DNA of 64,000 nt from an uncultured Verrucomicrobiae bacterium (lineage in GTDB: Bacteria > Verrucomicrobiota > Verrucomicrobiia > Chthoniobacterales > Terrimicrobiaceae): NCBI GenBank assembly GCA_963706955.1, contig CAVPOC010000003.1, positions 608,001 through 672,000 on the forward strand, in the 5' to 3' direction. The position numbers and the translations under genes were made by a program. Shown here piece after piece: positions 10,443 to 19,696 of the stretch (its first letter is position 1; the number at the start of each line of letters is the position of its first letter). A model generated the notes under the pieces. The model was not told the DNA's origin. It ran no database searches and saw only the letters and a program-made list of their open reading frames with translations.

Positions 10443-11048
10443 TTAGTACGCGAAACGTTCCCGCAAAGCCATGACGACCCGCTCGACCGGCAGGCCGATC
10501 ACGTTGCTCATCGAGCCTTCAACGCACTCGATCAGGCGTCCGTGGTCCTCCTGCGCGGCGTAGGCACCTGCCTTGTCAAGGGGGTAAATGCTTCGCAAAT
10601 AATCGTCGAGGTCAACCTCTCGTCGAGCTCGAAACTTCACTCGCGTTGAATCGGTGAATCGGCAAAGCTTTCCTTGGCTCCGGTGCACCAAGCAAACTCC
10701 GGTCAACACTTCGTGAATGCGCCCGCAGAGCTCTTCGAGCATTGCTCGCGCCTCAGCGGCATCGCGTGGCTTTCCAAATATCCTTCCGTCGAAGGAAACA
10801 ATGGTGTCGGCGCCGAGGACGATGCGATCGGGAAATCTCGCGGCCACTTCAGTCGCCTTTAATTGAGCATTCAACAAGCAAAGCTTCCGCGCAGGCATGC
10901 CCGCGCCGGTCAACTCCTGAACCTGCGCGATCTCGGTCTGGAACTCTACGCCAGCTCGCCGCAAGAGCTCGCGCCGCCGCTCGGAAGCGGAAGCGAGCAG
11001 CAACCCAGCGCAAGTGGGCGCCGCCTCATCAATCAATCGGTGCTCCAC
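10443..11048 (-). CDS. maf: Maf-family nucleoside triphosphate pyrophosphatase
   Basis: LASASERRRELL, GADT, GKP, DKAGAY and NVIGLP motifs. Confidence 0.93.
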   Translation of the reverse strand: MEHRLIDEAAPTCAGLLLASASERRRELLRRAGVEFQTEIAQVQELTGAGMPARKLCLLNAQLKATEVAARFPDRIVLGADTIVSFDGRIFGKPRDAAEARAMLEELCGRIHEVLTGVCLVHRSQGKLCRFTDSTRVKFRARREVDLDDYLRSIYPLDKAGAYAAQEDHGRLIECVEGSMSNVIGLPVERVVMALRERFAY

Positions 11049-11102
11049 AGTAAACGTGACGCCTGCGAGGGGCCCTCAAAGAAGTCGCACTAAATTCCGG
11101 AT

Positions 11103-11402
11103 CTAGTAGGCGCCGTCGCCGTTGGAGAGCCCGGTGCCCTCACGAATACTGGCCAGCTGTCGGCGAATCCGTCTCGATGAATCGGGGCGGTTATTGAAGT
11201 CGGCGATGGCTCCTGCCACCAATGGAAGGATTGTGGCGGCGCCCGCGCCGATAAAGGCAATGGCTGTCCGCTGACGAACTGTTTGATCCAGCTTCCCAGC
11301 AATCAGCAACCCTACGCCGAAACCGACCGCGGCTTGCGAGAGCGCAATCATGCTCGTCACAGGGAGACTGTCGCCAAATTTGCCGTAGGAAATCGAAGAC
11401 AT
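11103..11402 (-). CDS. Small hypothetical membrane protein (99 aa)
   Basis: ATG at 11402; two Gly/Ala-rich hydrophobic segments; fits the gap between maf and yqgF. Confidence 0.65.
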   Translation of the reverse strand: MSSISYGKFGDSLPVTSMIALSQAAVGFGVGLLIAGKLDQTVRQRTAIAFIGAGAATILPLVAGAIADFNNRPDSSRRIRRQLASIREGTGLSNGDGAY

Positions 11403-11447
11403 GTTGTTGCGCAACGTAGGTTTGTGGTGTGGGATTTTCAACTGGAA

Positions 11448-11865
11448 ATGGCAAGTCGACGTGTTCTTGGCATCGATCTCGGCGAGGCTCGGGTGGGAGT
11501 GGCACTCAGCGACGATCTCGGGCTGCTCGCGCACCCTCTCGAGACCATCGATGTGTCGCGGCGCGATCCCTGCGAGCGCATCGCGGAGCTGGCTCGTGAA
11601 AAGGGCGTCGAGGCAATTATCGTCGGGCATGCCACGAAATATGGACGGCTCGTTTGGTCCGGCGGCGCTGAAAGCACGCGAGTTGATCGAACGCCTTCGA
11701 GCATGCGTTCCCTGCGAAGTCATCCCGTGGGACGAGCGATTGACGACTGTCGCAGCCGCACGGGCGCTCCGCGAAGCCGGACGAAAGGCCAAGAAGCAGC
11801 GAGCGGTAATCGACCAGGCGGCCGCGCAGATTTTACTGCAAAGTTGGATCGATTCGCAGCCATGA
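11448..11865 (+). CDS. yqgF: YqgF/RuvX Holliday-junction-resolvase-like protein (1 indel)
   Basis: LGIDLGEARVGVALSD in one frame; MPRNMDGS..WDERLTT..ID..AA..ILQ in the next frame after ~11625. Confidence 0.92.
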
Positions 11866-12596
11866 GGCTGCGGCTCATCATCGCCTATGACGGTAGAGCA
11901 TACTCGGGCTGGCAAAGTCAAAGGTCAGCAAACACCATTCAGGACATCCTGGAAAAAACATTCGCAGAAGATCGCGGGAAGACACATCGCCGTGCATGGC
12001 GCGGGCCGCACCGACGCCGGCGTTCACGCGCTCGGCCAGTGCGCGCATGCCGACGTTTTCGCGACAATGAGCCCCGCTCAATGGCAGCGCGCGCTAAACG
12101 CGAACTTGCCGCCGACCATTCGCGTGATGAAGTCATCTCGTGCTGCTTCCAGCTTCCATGCACGCTTCTCAGCGAAAGCAAAAGTCTACCGATATCTCAT
12201 CCGCCATGGGCCCATTCTCCCACCACAAGAATTCGGTCGCGTCTGGCACGTGCCACAAGCCCTCCAGACTCGACGTTCTGCGGCAGGCCTTAGCGCACCT
12301 GGTCGGTCAGCACGACTTCCGCGCTTTTTCTGCGCAGCGCGGCAAGCCTTCGGGCGACACCATACGGACAATTCAAAAGGTGTGTCTGGCGCATCGCGGC
12401 GAACTGCTGACACTGAGCTTCCAGGGAGATGGATTTCTTTACAAGATGGTGCGGATGCTCACGGCCGCCATCGTTCGCGTGGCACAAAGCCGCGATACCC
12501 TGGAGAGTCTTCAGTCGCGCTCTAAAAACCGGCGTCCCGAAATCGAACCACGTGGCTCCGCCGGACGGATTAACTCTGATGCGGGTATTGTATTGA
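11862..12596 (+). CDS. truA: tRNA pseudouridine(38-40) synthase (about 3 indels)
   Basis: IAYDG..YSGWQ, GAGRTDAGVHA, FHARF, HDFRAF, GFLYKMVR and APPDGL motifs spread over successive frames. Confidence 0.92.
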
Positions 12597-12603
12597 ACGC
12601 GGT

Positions 12604-13129
12604 TTAGTCGCGCACCTGTGACTCGAGGTTTTCCGGAGAAGAAGGCCGGATCTTTACGGCGTAGGCGTCGTAACTGAACTTCAAATCGGAAGCGTCACCG
12701 ATATATCTCAACACTTCCGCGGCGGGAACGTTCTGCAGGCTCAAAGTGACTCGTTTGTCTGCGATCGCCTCCGGGGGCACTATCCAAACCACATTTAGCG
12801 ATCGCTCGCCTCCGCTAAGTTCGTGGACCTTTTGCCCGACGAAGGCAACCGCCTCACGGACGCTCACATCCCGAAAATCGATGGTCGGAATGTTGATCTT
12901 CCTGAGAACAGCTTGGAGATTTGGTCCGCTCCCCTCTCGAACTGCGATGGCGCGAAGGTAATTTCGCGCCGCAGAGTTCTCGGATCCACCGCCAGGAGGG
13001 ATTCGAAAAGCGACTTCGCCGTTGCGTAATCGCCCTCCGAAATGCGCGCACGGCCTCCGATTGAATCTCCTCCTGTTGCGCAGAGAGATTTGAAAACGCA
13101 AAGAGCAGCAGCGCGACCAGCCTTTTCAC
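12604..13129 (-). CDS. Exported protein with a TPR-like hairpin and a secretin N-terminal/STN-like domain (2 indels)
   Basis: Signal peptide MKRLVALLLFAF; GDYATAKSLFESLLAVDP; IPTIDFRDVSVREAV..VTLSLQNVPAAEVLRYI. Confidence 0.6.
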
Positions 13130-13213
13130 GAGCCACTTTACACGGTCGCGGCTGGACTTCAATTGCCCCAGCGACTTGAACAAGGCAGGCCATCTGTTAG
13201 CGTGCGCGGGGAA

Positions 13214-14286
13214 ATGCGGAGAAGGCTTGTTCTTGGACTAATCCTCTTGGCCGCGGTCTCCGCACAACCGCCATCGCTCCGTGGCCAATTGTCCGACGAA
13301 CAAAAGAAGAAACTCTTTCTCAAAGCGCGCGAAGACATCCAACCCGTCCCAAAACCGACCGTCACTCCGCGACCCAAACCCAAAGCCGCGCCAACACCCA
13401 CGCCCGCTCCCGCGCAACACCAACCTCCACCCCTCGAGTCATACCGACCGCCACCCCGCGCGTCACGCCAGCCGCCACCCCGCGAGTCACACCAAAACCC
13501 GCGCCGGAACCCAAAGAGATACCACGCCCAACGCCGAGAGTAACGGCAGAGCCGCGAGAAAGACCGCAGCCGAAGCCCGCGGTCTCTCCTCTGGAGTCGC
13601 CCACACCTGACGTGATTCCGCTGGAATCGCCGGAAACCCCCGCTCCCACGCCGCCTCAAATCCCGAGAGGAAAAACACCTCTTGGCGAGCGCCTGGAAGC
13701 GCCGATTCTCATTGAGAAGTCAGGACTGGAAGAGGACCAGGGACTCGAGCCGGCTCCGCGACGAGGGCGGTTGGTTCAAGCGATGGCGATACTTAACGCC
13801 TGGAGTGCGCAGAGCGATCGACGGGCGAGAGTCAAGAAAGGTCGGTGGAAGTACATCATCATTCACAACAGCGGAACCAGGCAAGGAAACGCTCGTATCT
13901 TCAATACCTATCACCGCCGTGTGCGCAAGATGCAGAACGGACTTGCCTACCATTTTGTCATCGGCAATGGCAGGTCCTCTGGCAACGGCGAGGTTGAAGT
14001 CGGTCCGCGCTGGACGAAACAGCTCAACGGCGGACACGTGGCCAGTGATTACCTCAACAACATCGCCATCGGAATCTGTCTGGTCGGCGACCTTAATCGT
14101 GACCAGCCCACCAAGGCCCAGCTTGGCGCGCTCGATGAACTTATAAGCTATTTGCGCGATCGTGTCGGAAAGATTAAAGGCAGGAAGGCGCTGGTCGCCC
14201 CGCACAAGAAGATCAACCCAAGGCCGACTGATTGTCCGGGCGATCGCTTTCCCTACGGTTGGCTGCAGCGGAGATTCGGATCGTAA
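13214..14286 (+). CDS. N-acetylmuramoyl-L-alanine amidase (Amidase_2/PGRP-like) with signal peptide and Pro/Thr-rich linker (several indels)
   Basis: IIIHNS, AYHFVIGNG, IGICLVG and H..TDCPG zinc-amidase motifs. Confidence 0.85.
13420..13545 (+). repeat. Imperfect 24-bp coding tandem repeat (TPRV motif)
   Basis: Rebuilt frame reads TSTPRVIP-TATPRVTP-AATPRVTP...PTPRVT. Confidence 0.6.
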
Positions 14287-14293
14287 TTACTGT

Positions 14294-15160
14294 ATGAAGG
14301 TGGGCATTACTGGAGTGAGCGGGTTCATTGGCTCGCGAGTCGCGGCGCGATGTGGCGTCAGAGGAATTGAGGTGGTCGGATTTTCTCGGAATCCAGGCTC
14401 CGGTGCGCGCCGTTTTGAACTCACTTCCGTCCCGGACATCAGCGGTCTCGATGCGATCGTTAACCTGGCGGGCGAGCCGATTCTCGGTCTTTGGACGAAG
14501 GAAAAGAAGCGACGTATTCACGAAAGCCGCGTCCTGGGAACACGGCGCCTCGTGGAGGCTATCGCCAAAGCGCCCCGGCCACCTGGTGTGTTGGTCAATG
14601 CTTCTGCGATCGGCTTTTATGGTGATACCGGCGAGAAGGAGGTCGACGAATTTTCAGCGTCTGGGAAGGGATTTCTCGCTGACGTATGCCGCGAGTGGGA
14701 GGCTGAAGCGGCACGCGCCACATCCTACGGCGTACGCGTCGTGTTTGTTCGGATCGGTTTCGTGCTTGGCAAGGGCGGTGCGCTCAAGCTGCTTCAGCCA
14801 CTCTTCCAGCTCGGGCTGGGCGGAAAACTGGGCAGCGGGCGACAATGGATGAGCGGCGTCCACGTCGAAGATGTTGCCGGAATGATCGTCTGGGCCCTCG
14901 AAAACGAACGTCTGCAGGGACCTGTCAATGCAGTCATGCCTGAACCCTTCCGCAACACGGACTTCACGAGGGAGCTGGCACGATGCGTCACGCGGCCGGC
15001 AATCCTTCCAGCACCAGCATTTGCGCTTCGGCTCGCTTTCGGTGAGCTTGCCGATTCAATGCTTGGCAGCACCCGCGTGATCCCACGCGTCGCGCCTGAC
15101 GCGGGCTACGCGTATCAATTTGCGACTCTCCCTTCGGCGCTCGCGGAAGCCACCAAGTAA
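14294..15160 (+). CDS. TIGR01777/YfcH-family epimerase-like oxidoreductase
   Basis: TGVSGFIG, VNLAGE, SAIGFYG, WE and GLGGKLGSGRQW motifs. Confidence 0.92.
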   Translation: MKVGITGVSGFIGSRVAARCGVRGIEVVGFSRNPGSGARRFELTSVPDISGLDAIVNLAGEPILGLWTKEKKRRIHESRVLGTRRLVEAIAKAPRPPGVLVNASAIGFYGDTGEKEVDEFSASGKGFLADVCREWEAEAARATSYGVRVVFVRIGFVLGKGGALKLLQPLFQLGLGGKLGSGRQWMSGVHVEDVAGMIVWALENERLQGPVNAVMPEPFRNTDFTRELARCVTRPAILPAPAFALRLAFGELADSMLGSTRVIPRVAPDAGYAYQFATLPSALAEATK

Positions 15161-15206
15161 CAGGAAGCCCAAGCCGTCCGTTGCAGGCCTTCTGCTTTCC
15201 CACTTC

Positions 15207-15698
15207 CTATCGGCCGATTTGCTGGGACTTGAGAAACGCTTCCTGCTCGAGCAGGCCGGACGGATAACCGACCTCCAGGCATTCGCGAAGATAGAGGCTT
15301 AAGAATTCTTCAATGCCTCCCAGTCGTTCGTACTGTGCGGTGTGAACGCATTCATGCGCGATGAGGCGGCGCATCTGCCAACAATCCGATCGAATAAAAA
15401 TTCCGTAGCGCAAAGCCATCCCGGCTGTGTCCGACGAGATCAGCTTTGTTCGTTTGGCAGCCCAGCGGAGCAAACGATTCGCAGGGAGCGGAACCTGATC
15501 GACCTTGAGTAAGCGAACTTTTTCAGGACGGGCTACACCCATCAGGCGGGCATCGGTTACCTGGGACTCATCAAGGGCTACCCCGGCGCGAAGAATTTTC
15601 TGCTCTTGCTGTGATGCCCATCTAACTGCCAGTGGCAGACAAAACGGCATTGCTCTCAAGAGTGCCTTGATCGCGAAATCAGAAGCTGAGGGACTCAC
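15207..15698 (-). CDS. Hypothetical HExxH (zincin/DUF4157-like) protein
   Basis: LIAHECVHTAQY and a downstream LEQEA; start uncertain. Confidence 0.6.
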   Translation of the reverse strand: MSPSASDFAIKALLRAMPFCLPLAVRWASQQEQKILRAGVALDESQVTDARLMGVARPEKVRLLKVDQVPLPANRLLRWAAKRTKLISSDTAGMALRYGIFIRSDCWQMRRLIAHECVHTAQYERLGGIEEFLSLYLRECLEVGYPSGLLEQEAFLKSQQIGR

Positions 15699-15741
15699 AA
15701 GGTGCACTGGCAGCGTTTCGGCGCTTTGTCGCGGAATACCG

Positions 15742-16131
15742 TCACTCGGTAATTTCGATCCTGTTTCCCTCCGGATCGAGAAAGGCGCATTCGTAGTAGC
15801 CATCACCCGTCTGTCGCGGCCCATCGACGATGTGAAATCCATCGCGCCGGAGCCGCTCGGCCAGGCGATCTACACCACCGCGAGAGCCGAGCGAGAATGC
15901 CAAATGCGTAAGGCCGGTCGCTTGTGCGATCGGATCATTCTGGGATTCGGGGATCGACTCCTTCTGCATGAGCTCCAGTCTCGCTCCCGCCGAGAACGAG
16001 AGAAAATATGAACGAAATCCCTTTTTGGGATTTTCATACATCTCGTTGGAGATCGCCTGAAAGTACTTCACGTAAAAATCCCTGAGAGCTTCAAGGTTCT
16101 TTGCGTAGATCGCGACGTGTTCGATTTTCAT
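15742..16131 (-). CDS. VOC/glyoxalase family protein
   Basis: IEHVAI, LELM, HLAF and DPEGNRIEI motifs. Confidence 0.92.
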   Translation of the reverse strand: MKIEHVAIYAKNLEALRDFYVKYFQAISNEMYENPKKGFRSYFLSFSAGARLELMQKESIPESQNDPIAQATGLTHLAFSLGSRGGVDRLAERLRRDGFHIVDGPRQTGDGYYECAFLDPEGNRIEITE

Positions 16132-16314
16132 GGAATCTGAACGGTCTGATTTGCTCCGCACTTGGAGCAATTCTCAAAACAGTTTCCGAAAAAGTCGCCG
16201 GAGCGCAAGTGCGGAGAGTGGTCGCGCCGCACTCGGCGCTACATCAACGAAGGGCCGGTTTCTCGTGAACGAATCCCGAAAACTCTCTCGAGCTTTCCGA
16301 AGCGCTGGCGGAGC

Positions 16315-17139
16315 TCATTGAACAGTCCAATGCACTTCATAGACCTTTATGGCGTAGTGAAAACCTTTGGGCGTAATGCTTCCCCTGCTCAAGAATTGAG
16401 ATTTTTCCCTCGCGGAGTGCTCAATCATGTCTTCAGTTGCCAAGATTTGGTCGGGATCTGCATGCGAGCAGAGCCGGGACGCAAGTTGCACTGTCGCTCC
16501 AAACAGATCGTTGTCCTCCTCGACAGGTTCCCCCACGCTCAGACCGATGCGCAAGTGCAATGGCGTCGTGGCATTCTGAACATTGAAGCCAGCAAATGCT
16601 CGTTGGATGGCTATGGAGCATTCCAGAGCCTGGTCGATCGACGGGAAAGAGGCCATGATTCCATCCCCGAGGTGCTTGACCTCTCGTCCGGCATGCTCAC
16701 GCAGAGCTTTGCGTGTCAGAGCGTTGTGAACGTGTAGCAAATGCAAGGCCTTGGCATCGCCCAATCGCATGGTCATTGCCGTCGAGTCCTGAAGATCGGT
16801 GAACATGATGGCGCGCGCACCTGCATCCAGCAGAGCGGTTTCGCCGCTCTTCGTGGGTGGAGGGTCAGTAACCCTTCCCAGGAACGCCTCGACGACGGCT
16901 GGATCCACTTCGATGATTTCACTGGGAACGTCGCCATGAGCCTCATCGTGCGCCCGCTGAATGGCTTCTTTGTTGGGGGCTTCGACTAGACAAAACGCCG
17001 TCGAGCGCACTTCATCGAACCAGTAAGTGATGAAACGAACGCCGTATTTCCCTTGTGTTTGCAGGTCCTTGGAATGCGCAGTCGCAAGAACATGGCGCGT
17101 GACACCTTCCATGTAGTGGCGGTCCATGTAGATGGGCAT
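16315..17139 (-). CDS. DUF4242 domain fused to a class III adenylate/guanylate cyclase domain
   Basis: N-terminal YMDRH..YWFDE..AFCLVEAP..AHDEAHG; C-terminal MFTDL, VKHLGDG, RIGL and DLFGATVQLASRL. Confidence 0.85.
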   Translation of the reverse strand: MPIYMDRHYMEGVTRHVLATAHSKDLQTQGKYGVRFITYWFDEVRSTAFCLVEAPNKEAIQRAHDEAHGDVPSEIIEVDPAVVEAFLGRVTDPPPTKSGETALLDAGARAIMFTDLQDSTAMTMRLGDAKALHLLHVHNALTRKALREHAGREVKHLGDGIMASFPSIDQALECSIAIQRAFAGFNVQNATTPLHLRIGLSVGEPVEEDNDLFGATVQLASRLCSHADPDQILATEDMIEHSAREKSQFLSRGSITPKGFHYAIKVYEVHWTVQ

Positions 17140-17287
17140 CTGATTACTCCTGTTTTGACGGGAACGAACCGCAGCGGTCTCTGTTTGTGCCAAGTCCGCC
17201 TCGCACCCGCCCCGAGTAAGCTAGCCAAACTTGGCCATGCGAAAACATAATTTGTGCGAATGACTGGACCCAGGGCATCGGCAATCC

Positions 17288-17686
17288 TTAACGCGCCGTC
17301 GTCTCGACCGCGAAAACGAGGCGATGAATGTAAGGCCAGAAAATGATGACTCCGACGATCCCCGCCCCGATTGCCGTCACCAAGACGGCCCCAGCGGCAA
17401 CATCCTTGGCGTGTCCAACCAGGGGATGTAAATCCTCTATGGCAGCGTCCGCGAGCAGCTCCAAGGCAGTATTGAGCGCTTCCGCTGTCCACACCGAACT
17501 CGCCGCAATCACAATACAGCACCATTCCGCCGCGCTGAGCTGAAAGAAGAACCCTGCGGCCGCGACCAATATTGTCACCACCGCGTGTATCCACGCGTTG
17601 TGTTGCGAACGAAGAACGTACGCGATCCCGTGGAGAGCGTGCCGGACGCTCTTTATTCGAGCGGCAAATTCAAACGGACGATTCAT
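17288..17686 (-). CDS. dgkA: Prokaryotic diacylglycerol/undecaprenol kinase (DgkA family)
   Basis: AEALNTALE..D and AKDVAAGAVL motifs; three TM segments. Confidence 0.88.
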   Translation of the reverse strand: MNRPFEFAARIKSVRHALHGIAYVLRSQHNAWIHAVVTILVAAAGFFFQLSAAEWCCIVIAASSVWTAEALNTALELLADAAIEDLHPLVGHAKDVAAGAVLVTAIGAGIVGVIIFWPYIHRLVFAVETTAR

Positions 17687-17782
17687 GGAAATTTCGCGTG
17701 CACCAGCGTGGCCGCTGTCTCAGACGCAGATTTTCAATTTGCTTGCCGTTTCCAAGCTCGATTGCGGCGAACGACGGCCAAC

Positions 17783-17810
17783 TTGACACGCTCCCGAGCG
17801 TTGGTAGCTT
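17783..17810 (+). promoter_or_regulatory. Putative sigma70 promoter of the TPR gene
   Basis: TTGACA-16 bp-TAGCTT with TG just upstream of the -10. Confidence 0.45.
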
Positions 17811-17870
17811 TTGGAAGCAGGTAAACCGGGAAGGAACGCATTGAAGAATGCAAGCCGGTTGGCAAGAGCC

Positions 17871-18459
17871 ATGACAAGACATTTTCCAGTCATTTGCCTA
17901 ATCAGCGCCATTGCTGCTCTGCCAGCGCTCGGGGCGGGCAGTGCACCAATCGACGAGCCAACGGTAGAAGAGACACCCGCTCCAAAGGAGAAACCGCGCC
18001 GCAAAGGAGAAGCCGAGCGCAAAAGAGAAGCCGACGACTAAAGAAAAGCCGGCGGCGAAGCAGGAAAGCTCCGCGGTCTCCGTCTACAACGAGGGAGTTG
18101 CGCTGATGCAGGCCAAGCGCTTCGCGCAGGCCGAAAAGAAGTTCGAACAGGCGGTGAAGCTGGATCCAAACTTCGCCGAGGCATACAACAATCTTGCCTT
18201 CACCCTGCGAAAGCAAGGCAGCGGCAACTACAAGCAATCGCTCGCATATTATAACAAGGCGATCGAGCTGAAGCCGAAGTTGGCGGAAGCATACATGTAT
18301 CGTGGAGTCCTCTACACTCAGATGGGCAGAAAGGCCGACGCCCAAGCAGATCTTGCCTCATTGAAGAAGCTCGATGCTGGACTCGCCAAGGAGCTCGAAG
18401 AGTATTTTGAAACGGGCAAAGAAGAAGACTATCTCTACGGCGCGGCCAAGAAGAAATAG
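17871..18459 (+). CDS. Exported TPR protein with KEKP-repeat linker (1 indel at ~17997)
   Basis: Signal peptide; TPRs AEAYNNLAF and AEAYMYRG. Confidence 0.82.
17985..18060 (+). repeat. 18-bp coding tandem repeat, 4 copies (KEKPxx)
   Basis: AAGGAGAAACC.., AAGGAGAAGCCG.., AAAGAGAAGCCG.., AAAGAAAAGCCG.. Confidence 0.75.
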
Positions 18460-18574
18460 TCGCCTGCGTCAGCTGCGGTAATAAGACAAATACCTAGGCG
18501 GAATAGAGGGGTTGTCGGGGCGCCTCCACCGGTATTTTCCCCAATTTCTCCTAGCGATCCCCGTGATGATCTAA

Positions 18575-19057
18575 CTAGTTTTGGCGAGGGCTGGCTGCTT
18601 GATCGATGAATATGGTTCGGGTGATGCCCACGCCTGCTTCCTGATAGATGACTTCGCCGTCCCTGGCCCAGACATAGTGCGGCAGATAAGCGGGGATCAC
18701 GCAAACTGCGCCTGTAGGGATCGCGACTACCTTCGATTCGTCGAAAGTCCTTCCGAAGCCGATATAGAGCACGCCTTGAAGCACCGTGCTGTTTCGTTCG
18801 TCCGGGTGGGTATGCGGAGGTATCCTTCCGCCAGCGGCTAATTTGACCCTCAAAATGTAGGGGCCAGATTCCGTGCCATCACCAAGGACCCAGGCCGACT
18901 CTAGTGCCGGATTGTCAGGCAGGCTCCGCCAGGAGAAGTTCTCCGGAACGAGCGCGATCGGAGCCTCGCTCTGAGCGATCGCGAGACCTGGAAAAAGACG
19001 GTCGACCAAAAAAACCAACGCAGCCGCTCCGATAAGGGCACAACGCGGGAATTTCAC
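18575..19057 (-). CDS. Exported cupin-domain protein
   Basis: PPHTHPDE and PHY cupin metal motifs; signal-like N-terminus; start uncertain. Confidence 0.8.
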   Translation of the reverse strand: MKFPRCALIGAAALVFLVDRLFPGLAIAQSEAPIALVPENFSWRSLPDNPALESAWVLGDGTESGPYILRVKLAAGGRIPPHTHPDERNSTVLQGVLYIGFGRTFDESKVVAIPTGAVCVIPAYLPHYVWARDGEVIYQEAGVGITRTIFIDQAASPRQN

Positions 19058-19244
19058 GTTGAGGCAGTGTTCATTGCGCAAGCGAGCACACCTCTACCGA
19101 GTGGGAACATCACTGCGCTGCTAGAGCAGGGTGGCTCCCGAGGCGAGGCGAGGTCGCGCCAGTTTGTCGATCTCGCCGGGCAGTGCCTGTCTCTCAAGGG
19201 ACCGCTCCATAAGCAACGATCGGGAATGGTCGCTCGACTCCATC

Positions 19245-19679
19245 CTAATCGGGCACCTTTCTAAAGCCAATCGAGATCCTGTTCCAGGCATTCACCACAG
19301 CGATCGCAATGCTTAGATCCACGATCTCCTTCTCGGAAAAATACTCGCAGAGACGATCGTAGTCGGCATCTGGAGCATGCGTATCGGAGACGTGGGTGAG
19401 GGCCTCCGCCCACGCCAAGGCCGCACGTTCGCGCTCATCGAAATAAGGCGCTTCATGCCACACCGGCAGCACGTCGAGTCGTTGTTGTGTCTCACCTAGC
19501 CGCCTGGCCTGCTTTGTATGGAGGTCAACGCAATAGACGCAGCCATTGATCTGGGAGACTCGAATCTCGACGAGAGCGCGAAGAAGCGGCTCAAGAGAGC
19601 TTGATTCGAGGTAGTGGGTAACGGCGGCAAGCTTGCTGACCCCCTCCGGCGCCAACTGGTAATAATTGATCCGTGACAT
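19245..19679 (-). CDS. Carboxymuconolactone decarboxylase/AhpD family protein
   Basis: RVSQINGCVYCVDLH, ERAALAWAE and NAWNR motifs. Confidence 0.92.
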   Translation of the reverse strand: MSRINYYQLAPEGVSKLAAVTHYLESSSLEPLLRALVEIRVSQINGCVYCVDLHTKQARRLGETQQRLDVLPVWHEAPYFDERERAALAWAEALTHVSDTHAPDADYDRLCEYFSEKEIVDLSIAIAVVNAWNRISIGFRKVPD

Positions 19680-19696
19680 GACTCCTATCGGTTTGC

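Noticed and set aside
11283..12293. 336-aa ORF resembling a YqgF-TruA fusion
   Set aside because: A chimera of frames produced by indels; each gene has its own start and stop (ATGA overlap at 11862).
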